Part shown: positions 60,465 to 64,000 of the stretch, in pieces | Layout: each line of letters opens with the position of its first letter | Position numbering within the stretch: position 1 is the first letter of the stretch | Assembly (NCBI GenBank): GCA_965220195.1 | Contig: CBDCPK010000002.1 | Coordinates: forward strand, 42,435-106,434 | Direction of reading: 5' to 3' | Length of the DNA stretch: 64,000 nucleotides | From: an uncultured Candidatus Binatia bacterium | Lineage (GTDB): Bacteria > Desulfobacterota > Binatia > Bin18 | Translations under genes and position numbers: made by a program | Notes under the pieces: generated by a model | Told to the model about the DNA's origin: nothing | The model's input: the letters and a program-made list of their open reading frames with translations, nothing else | Databases searched by the model: none

Positions 60465-60665
60465 ATGACCTATACCGTCATCGGCGTGTACGAAGACAAT
60501 TTACAGGGGGGGTGTTTCCATGTGGAGGCGAATAACTCCTCGGAGGCCGTGGCGGCGGTGGAGCGCCGCGACACACCAGAGACCGCCCACATCGCCTCTG
60601 ACTTCATCGTCCTGGTGACCCTGCCTGGTGCGCAGTTCAACGAGTACAGCGCGCCCGATGAATGA
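60465..60665 (+). CDS. hypothetical protein (66 aa)
   Basis: RBS gaggagggagag. The N-terminus MTYTVIGVYED is echoed by the remnant MPSTVIGVYAD at 45147. Confidence 0.5.
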   Translation: MTYTVIGVYEDNLQGGCFHVEANNSSEAVAAVERRDTPETAHIASDFIVLVTLPGAQFNEYSAPDE

Positions 60666-60847
60666 CCCCCGGTCGGGTAAACCTGCCTGTGATTCCTATC
60701 CTTTCTTGAGCGCAGCGGGGGCTGGTGTGAGCCGTCACCGGATCCGTCTCGTCAGCCAAATCGTGTGCGTTAAGCGTGGCTGTGGTAGCAGCGGCGCCAA
60801 ACGGCACCGGAATATCATGCTGCAAGACTCTTTTTCCCTATCCGTAT

Positions 60848-61665
60848 TCAGAGGCGAGCGCCGGTCTCGATGCGGTAACCTGTCGCCACTCTGCTCTTCG
60901 CAACGGTGATATTCCCGTCTCGTCGAGTCGTCAGCACATAGCGCATTCGGCCGTTGTCGAACCAAAGACCACGAGCGTGCTCCGCGTAGTCGGTCTCTTG
61001 GGTCTGGTATTGCTTGGATTCGTCAGAGATGATGACGATGTCAGGATGACAGAAGTCGAATATTTCTCTCAGATAGCCGCTTTCCCGCCCGTGATGAGAC
61101 GCAATGAATATGTTGACCTGTTCGAGATAGTGCCGAAAATCCGGCTTTCTCAGCAGTTCTGCCCAGCCTGGTTTTTCCAGATCGCCGGGAAAGATGATGC
61201 ACAGGCCGTAATAACGAACAAACGAAATGAGGCTCAGATTGTTGGTGTCTTGAAAGGCCGGATACGGATTGTGGAACGTGACAAGCTCGACTCCCGCGAA
61301 ATCTAGTGGGGAAAAATAGGCGCTGTATACCTCTCAAGCATATCGAGAAGCGTCTCCATGCTCGGGCTCAGAGGCCCACCCTGGAGCTTAAGTCTGTGAA
61401 GACTCTGAGGTGAGATGGAGCCGTTCCGACAAAGCGTTTGAATAGGAAGAATCCTTGCGAGGTGCTGAAGATCACTGATGTGATCCTCATCGTAGTTGCT
61501 GATGATGAGCTGCTCTATGGCGGTACAGCCGATCTCGCGGAGATGCCTCGAAGGTCGGAAGCCGATCCCGTCATCATGACCGCAGTCAAACAGCATGACG
61601 TTTCTATTGTCGGCAACAAGCAAAGCGCAGAAGCCATGACCGACGTTGAAAATACGGAATTCCAT
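60848..61665 (-). pseudogene. MBL-fold metallo-hydrolase (ComEC C-terminal-domain-like), apparent frameshift near 61305
   Basis: The N-part MEFRIFNVGHGFCALL...SNYDEDHISDL stops at 61303. The protein-like sequence continues in another frame (DFAGVELVTFHNP...IFPGDLEKPGW...IASHHGRESG...) to the TGA at 60848. Confidence 0.65.
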
Positions 61666-61755
61666 CTAGGCATGCCTTTCCAGTTGGCCGCAAGTTGTTA
61701 GAAGCTATCTCGACTGCTATCTGGTGGTATCGCTGGGTCAGGCGCTCTGATCCAC

Positions 61756-62826
61756 TCATTCTTCCATATCGAGAGGATATTGAAGCGGCGTTGATTCCGA
61801 CCAGCCCCTGCTAGGCGCATTCCGATGCATTCGGGTTATGCCGTTTGTCTGGACCACTTTTGCCCCACGGTGAATGAGTGCTCGGACCACGGCTTTTCTT
61901 GGATGATCCTCGTCGTTTCGATTTGCTGAAATAATCGCCGTATACGTCGGCGAGCTAGTCTCCTGATCCAGTTTTGGTCCCAACCATTTGTCGAGCACCT
62001 CCGAGGAGAGGTTCCTTCTTGATCCGTGATGAGGGACCTCAAATCGGTTAATGCCGGGGAGCGTTATTCCCAATGCAAGCGCATAATCATAAGCTTCAGC
62101 TAGCGCCTCGACCCCTGCATCCCCCGTGAGCAGAATTTTCTCACCACATAATTCGGCGAACTGCACGACGCTTGTTTCGTTCTCGCAACTTGTCCCTTCG
62201 GACTCCCCTTTCAGGTTTTCCTCCCCCCAAGCCGCAGCAACCTTTCTTATCCAGGCTATCGCTCGCTCAAAAATCCTTCCTTCTATGGCGGCTTGGCGCT
62301 CTGCTTCGGGTGTCTTCTCCGAATTGACGATGAGATCAATATACCTCGCAAAGCTTGGCGCGAGGACGGTGAAACTCTCAATCTGAGTGCCTTGGAATAC
62401 CTGTCGGATTTCAATATCCTGCTCTTCGGCAATCTCTTCCAATTCTGCAGTGTGAGGGAAGTCTTTCTTTAGACGACGAATGAGTCCGTTTTCTGTGTAA
62501 TTGTACTCGAAGCGTGGCAGCAGATCCCAGACGTGTTCCCACGGCCGGTTCATCCACAGAATGCCAATCCCAAATTCCTCTAAGACTTTTTTTAGTCCTG
62601 CCGCATGATCACCGTCTGGATGTGTCAGAACAACATGGTCGATGTAGTTAGGGTTGTCGTAATAACTGCGAATGTGTTCAACGAGCTTCTCACCATCGTC
62701 TGTGTAGCCGCCATCGACCACATGAATGTAGTCACAATCGTTATCCTCACGATAACGCAGTGCAATTGCGTCGCCGCTGCTTTTCTCGCCGGCTTCTAGA
62801 AAATCAATCTCGAAGAATTTTGTCAT
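61756..62826 (-). CDS. MBL-fold metallo-hydrolase
   Basis: VVLTHPDGDHAAGL (HxHxDH-type motif), ...LLTGDAG..., FEVPHHGSRRN. Low GC. Confidence 0.8.
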   Translation of the reverse strand: MTKFFEIDFLEAGEKSSGDAIALRYREDNDCDYIHVVDGGYTDDGEKLVEHIRSYYDNPNYIDHVVLTHPDGDHAAGLKKVLEEFGIGILWMNRPWEHVWDLLPRFEYNYTENGLIRRLKKDFPHTAELEEIAEEQDIEIRQVFQGTQIESFTVLAPSFARYIDLIVNSEKTPEAERQAAIEGRIFERAIAWIRKVAAAWGEENLKGESEGTSCENETSVVQFAELCGEKILLTGDAGVEALAEAYDYALALGITLPGINRFEVPHHGSRRNLSSEVLDKWLGPKLDQETSSPTYTAIISANRNDEDHPRKAVVRALIHRGAKVVQTNGITRMHRNAPSRGWSESTPLQYPLDMEE

Positions 62827-63300
62827 AGAGATTCTCTCCCCTGCTGATCACTTGATGCCTTGTACGCCAAAACTGAAGTAACAAGTCGAACACCGTGATT
62901 ACGCGCGGCCTGACGGACCAGGAGGTATTGCACTAAGAGAATAGAAAAATAGATGCCTGCGACCCCGACACTTGCCATCTGCCATAACGCCAGAGGACCG
63001 AAGCTGATTATTAGGACGAATGAAATGCCAGCATAATCCCGAGTAAACAGGTATTTACGATTTGCCTGCTTGACGGCAGGCGCATCCTCAAATTCTTTAT
63101 ACCACTTGTACCACAGGGCGTTCTGCTTATCCGGGTCAGTTGGCAATGGAGCTTGGTATTTTTGCAGGGCGTCTTTGTCAATACGCGAGTCCGTGTCCCA
63201 GTGTTCGGTGAACGCGCGACACCCAGGAAGCGGATGCGACCACTTCCAGAATACGAGCCGCTCCTTGTTGTTAGAGTTGATCTGTGCGTTAATAATGCCC
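62823..63300 (-). pseudogene. two-TM membrane protein, N-terminus apparently removed by the IS630 insertion
   Basis: Two C-terminal hydrophobic helices (GISFVLIISFGPLALW, VGVAGIYFSILLVQYLLV). The low-GC frame runs without a start codon into the GC-rich IS end at about 63310. Confidence 0.45.
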
Positions 63301-63328
63301 GTTAGAATAGAGCCGACTAGAGCCGTTT

Positions 63329-64000
63329 TCAGGGTGGTGTAGCGAGGCGATACCCGGCGTGGCGGACATAGTGGGCACACTCCGTAGGGGAGACGGCAGC
63401 CAGGGCCGGGCTCACCGCCGCCCACAAGCTCGCCACCGTACGCGGGGCGACCGCGCGCAGGCGGGCTTTGAGTTTGGCAAAGACCTGCTCGATGGGATTG
63501 AAGTCCGGGCTGTACGGGGGCAGATAGAGCAGGTGGGCGCCGACGGCTTCAATCGCTTGGCGGACCCCGGCCACTTTATGGCAGGCCAGATTGTCTAGGA
63601 CGACGCAGTCGCCCGGCTGGAGGGTGGGGGCGAGGACTTGTTCCACATACGCCACAAAGGCGGGGCCATCGACCGGACCGTCGAGGACGGCGGGGGCGGT
63701 GAGCTGGTGGGCGCGGAGCGCGGCAATGAGCGTCGTCGTTTGCCAATGGCCGTGGGGGACTTTCGCCACGAGCCGCGTCCCGCGCCGACTGCGGCCATAG
63801 CGCCGGGTCATCTTTGTCTGGAGCGCGGTCTCGTCTAGGAAGACGAGCCGCTGCCCGTCCCACTGCGAGGCCTGCCTCCGCCAGTGCTGCCGGGCCACCA
63901 GGACATCAGGCCGATCTTGTTCGGCGGCGTGCAGGACTTTTTTTTACGGTCAGGCCAAGACGCCGGACCGCCCGCCAGACCGTGGTGAGCCCCACGGACA
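63329..64000 (-). mobile_element. IS630-family DDE transposase, continues beyond the window; frame change at an A8 run (63943-63950)
   Basis: DDE region: [12 protein letters not shown]...[10 protein letters not shown]...[21 protein letters not shown]. The upstream part ([15 protein letters not shown]) is in another frame across the A8 homopolymer. Confidence 0.85.

Noticed and set aside
60776-61306. 176-aa plus-strand ORF
   Set aside because: It is the shadow of the C-terminal half of the minus-strand MBL-fold gene, whose translation (IFPGDLEKPGW, ASHHGRESG) is clearly the real one.
1-64000. tRNA, rRNA, tmRNA or known riboswitch genes
   Set aside because: No T-loop/cloverleaf-like or rRNA-like sequence was spotted by eye, in particular near the integrase genes. 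This is weak negative evidence. tRNAscan-SE, Infernal and barrnap would be decisive.

Overview
GC-rich (by eye about 60-65%) window from a diderm bacterium: a mosaic of chromosomal loci and decayed mobile DNA.

**Layout, left to right**
1. A Tad/Flp pilus locus: cpaC, cpaE, cpaF, tadB and tadC on the + strand, with cpaB and cpaA convergent at 13-14.4 kb. Small membrane-protein genes and an IS982-like fragment are interspersed.
2. Two HTTM-like membrane proteins, a low-GC fatty-acid hydroxylase and a TetR regulator.
3. A truncated argA-like gene abutting a decayed tyrosine recombinase, followed by low-GC cargo cassettes.
4. One dead and one apparently intact IS5-family element.
5. A 1394-aa secreted plant-type LRR protein, plus a recurring unnamed secreted domain.
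6. AbiE remnants, DUF3800 and MazEF.
7. A TonB-dependent-receptor operon with four tandem small secreted Cys proteins and a His-rich cytochrome-c-domain protein. It is divergent from a TolC / PAS-MacA / split-MacB exporter.
8. Abi and nuclease pseudogenes, and a Kef antiporter.
9. An integrase-headed plasmid/ICE-like remnant (47-60.7 kb): two TA pairs, int, ssb, a mobC remnant, ardC, HNH and zinc-ribbon ORFs.
10. A low-GC MBL-MBL-2TM island cut by an IS630 element.

**Most unusual signals**
- Six covarying AT-stem hairpins with a conserved GGTGAG loop end. They sit at the 3' end of long repeat-filled spacers, just upstream of ssb, ardC, HNH and other same-strand genes. This resembles a conjugative leading region with structured ssDNA/RNA control elements.
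- A six-member family of small single-pass coiled-coil membrane proteins ending in ELLRRTA, some carried on an integrase-linked cassette with a conserved structured leader.
- Three copies of the integrase 3' end bracketing cargo.
- Palindromic repeat elements inserted in frame inside coding genes.

No rRNA, tRNA or CRISPR array was recognised by eye.
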